A stretch of DNA of 63,591 nt, the filler included, from Neolecta irregularis DAH-3 (lineage: Eukaryota), in the NCBI GenBank assembly GCA_001929475.1. It is 16 parts of 16 records of this genome, joined end to end, with 100 filler letters (N's around TTAATTAATTAA, not from the genome) between each part and the next. Parts side by side here need not be neighbours in the genome. Positions count along the whole stretch, not along the records: positions 60,295 to 63,591 come from LXFE01002756.1; 15 more parts are not named here. The stretch is one strand, 5' to 3'. Below the pieces are notes generated by a model, which did no database searches, was not told the origin of the DNA, and worked only from the letters and a program-made list of their open reading frames with translations. Below, one piece after another: positions 60,710 through 63,591 of the stretch. A program made the position numbers and the translations under genes. The stretch's first letter is position 1. Each line of letters starts with the position of its first letter.

Positions 60710-61339
60710 TCATCCTAAAACCTTTTGCTTCTTTTTCCCCTTTTTGATACCATTCTTCTGAAATGTCCTCCAAGAATCAATACGTCCATCTCTTGTTTCC
60801 TCCCAAGCTTTCTCCTGTTGACGCCTTCGTTTTCTTTCTTCGATTTCGCGTTCTGCTTGCTCTCGTTCACGGCCTTCCTCAGCCATCTGAATTTGCCGTT
60901 TTCGACGGCGACGTAGTTCATCTTGAACGAGGACTTCTTGCGTCTTTGTTCTCCATTCGTATTTGAATTCGTCAGAGGTTAATAATGGGTTGTGAATGTC
61001 CCAGCCCTTCTCTTGGATTAAAATTCCGCGTGCGTCTTCAATGCACTCGTCAAGGCGTTTTCGGATTTTGGGATCCTCGAGTTCTGATTGCGCCTTCTTG
61101 AGCAGGTCAAATGCATCGGGGGCTTTTGGATTGGAGGTCTTATCAGGATGGATTAGGAGGGATTTCTTTCGAAAGGCCATTTTGATGTCGGCATCAGTAA
61201 CACCAGGTTGTAGATCGAGGATGGCATAGGCGTCTAATCTAAAGGATAGGAGGATACGATCAACTTCAAGGTCTTTGGTATATTCACTGGCCTCTTTTGC
61301 GAGGATCTGCTCGACTTCGTCGGCCGTTGTTTTAGCCAT
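60710..61339 (-). CDS. SPF31: J-domain protein Spf31/DNAJC8
   Basis: EVDRIL..FRLDAYAILDL, FRKKSLLIHPDK and WEETRDGRIDSWR. Confidence 0.93.
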   Translation of the reverse strand: MAKTTADEVEQILAKEASEYTKDLEVDRILLSFRLDAYAILDLQPGVTDADIKMAFRKKSLLIHPDKTSNPKAPDAFDLLKKAQSELEDPKIRKRLDECIEDARGILIQEKGWDIHNPLLTSDEFKYEWRTKTQEVLVQDELRRRRKRQIQMAEEGREREQAEREIEERKRRRQQEKAWEETRDGRIDSWRTFQKNGIKKGKKKQKVLG

Positions 61340-61396
61340 AGGTAGGAGGCGAAGGTATGGTAGAGTCTGAGAAAGATGCACACTAGTTTTTCGCTA

Positions 61397-63591
61397 CTAC
61401 ACGCCTAGCCGCGCTGCAATATCGGCTTTTCCAGCATCTTCCAACTTCTTTTTCCACATTCCCATAGCTTGGTCTAACCGCTTTGACCCATATGTTTTTG
61501 CAAAAAGCCCAGCCTCCTCCGCCCGCCCTGCATTCATCAGAATATCTACGCAACCGTCCACATCGCCAATGCTCAGACTGGCTGCGAACGCAATATTGTT
61601 CTTTCCCACCCCAGCTGGTAATGTCAGTCGTACAGGAGATATTTTTGCATACCAGCTCGTTTTGAGAGATCCTCGAGTCCGTGCTTATCGCCGGTAGACG
61701 TGCCAAGGAGCAGTAGAGTTCCTAGGTCACCAGCCTTTTCAAACGCTTCCTTGGCAGTAACAAAATCCCACACCTTCAAGGCAGAGTCGCCCAGCAGCCG
61801 CCATTTACTCTCAGACCTTTCCTTCTCAGCAATCTCTTTTGCGACATAGAGTTTATTCAACTTGAGCGACAAGTCAAACTGCAGTTCGACATCACTCGCG
61901 ATTTGTAGGGCAAGTTCATCATGGCCTAATCTTAGCGTTCTTTTTCTAGGATTGCCAAAGGAATACCCAAGCTCTCAAGAAATCGAGCAACCTTGTTTAT
62001 CTCTGATTTGTCAATTCTTGCCAACATTTCGTTTGCAGAATCCATATCTCCACGGCCAATGAATGTCATATACTCCAAAACTTCTCTAGTCAATTTCCAT
62101 CCAGAGACGCTGATATCTTTATCAGCCAACCAGACTCGTCCATGAAGATATCCGAGTAAAAACATTGTTCCGTCGAAATGAGTGACCGTGTTAACTTGTT
62201 CGCCGACGAGATAGTTCAGTTTGCTAGCAGTAGTATAAATGAAGGCATCGCCGAGAAAAATCGCAGAAGAAACGATATCATTGGTGGTATGAAGTAGTGT
62301 AAAGGACCTTTCAATTCCTTCTTCCGGATCAAATTCATCAGAACAACTTGGATCATAACGGAGAATGTAAAACGAATCGTCTGAACAAATGGCGACCAGA
62401 TCAGCCGATTCATTCCAATAGACCTACAACTCAGCTCTCAACTAAAAGGGGGAAATTATACTCCTTTGGCAACAACATCGATTCGCCGAACCAATTTCCC
62501 TGTTTCCCATTGGTAAAATCCAACACAACCAGTCCCTTTAACAGCGATCAGTTCACCTCCGAAAATACCATCAGCAGCATATGGGACGTCGAGAACTGAT
62601 TTTTCCTTGAAATTCTTAAATATTTTGACGGTGGAGGCATTTTCACGTGTGGCGTAGGAGGAGCTATCGGCTGCCCAAACAAAATCAATCGCTTGCCCGA
62701 ACGATTTATTGCGCCAAGCAAGAGCGGTATATATGATATATTCGCCATCACCACATACTGATACGAACCGGCCATTGGGAGAATGAAGTAACGATGTCGG
62801 GTAGATTTCCGTTGATCCAAGATCTCGAGCTGAGACAGGATACTTTGAACCATCCACAATAGAATTATCTAGAATTGACATTTGATTGAAACTTTGGGAA
62901 GGTACCATCTTTGATAGTAGCGGTAGAAACGTCCAAATTTTTGGCCCAAATGATTTTCCCCTGTAGATCCATGCTCACAGCGGGTTCTTCGCGACCGAGC
63001 TTTACGACGACCGCACCTTCGTCGAATCCCAAGGCAACAGCATTGCTACCCCTCAAATAGCCTACACACCAAGCCCTCTCTAATCCGTAATTCAAGGTTT
63101 GTTGAAGACGATAGGTGCTGGAATGCCAGATCTTAATACTCCCATCCTCGCCACCGGATATAATTATTGGCAAACCAGGATGAAAACAAGCGAAAGAGAC
63201 ATTATTGGTATGCCCTTCCAGAGTTTGTATCAGAGCTTTTGTTTGGTAATCCCAAATTTTCACAGTACGATCGTCACCTGTGGTGACGAGGAAAGGTTTA
63301 TCGGCAGCCTGGTAATAATCGACGCTATTGACACCTTTTTCGTGTGCATCGAGAGTATAATTAGGACTGGAAGTCGATAGATTCCAGACTTTTACAGTGC
63401 GATCGAGACATGCTGAAGCAAAGGTATTGGGATCCTTGAGATTGATAGCAAGACCCATGACGTAGTGGCTATGACCTTCAAAGGTCATTGCACATTTCCA
63501 ATCAAGGTCCCAGTTCCATAGTTTAATAGTCATATCATCTGAGCCGGACAGGACAAAGGGAAGTGTTGGGTGAACGGCCACGCAGCGAATG
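61397..63591 (-). CDS. SEC27: Coatomer beta' subunit (5' truncated)
   Basis: HPTLPFVLSGSDDMTIKLW, NYGLERAW, KLGREEPAVSMD, HSPNGRFVSVCGDGEYIIYTALAWRNK and GKNNIAF. Confidence 0.97.

Overview
Eukaryotic (ascomycete) genomic DNA with compact genes and very short introns (about 33-45 nt). It resembles an early-diverging Taphrinomycotina such as Neolecta, but that is inference only. The window is not one locus. It is about 16 small contigs joined by artificial N-TTAATTAATTAA-N linkers, plus several 10-N gaps flanked by duplicated sequence, so adjacency across linkers means nothing. Recognisable housekeeping genes: ABCB transporter 3' end, RPS10, AP-3 mu, a DUF4536/DMAC1-like gene, EXO5, a TM+SH3 protein, SYP1, FES1, SAP18, PEBP, cytochrome b561, DPH5, a carotenoid oxygenase 5' end, DUF1770, HIS6, FAF1-like, UGA1, MED1, IMP3, SPF31 and SEC27. 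These alternate with repeat-rich stretches holding Ty3/Gypsy and hAT remnants. Most notable observations: (1) a three-member secreted family with PAN/apple-like Cys modules, two members of which share an intron position and an unrecognised C-terminal domain; (2) a Virilizer/VIRMA-like gene of the m6A writer complex; (3) many decayed copies of conserved genes (GSK3, SAM carrier, Argonaute, PRP8, adenylate kinase) in repeat-rich DNA; (4) two divergent genes with only 32 bp between their ATGs; (5) GC-AG introns; (6) a Gypsy element with a tRNA-Gln-type primer-binding site. All family assignments come from motif recognition by eye, not database searches.
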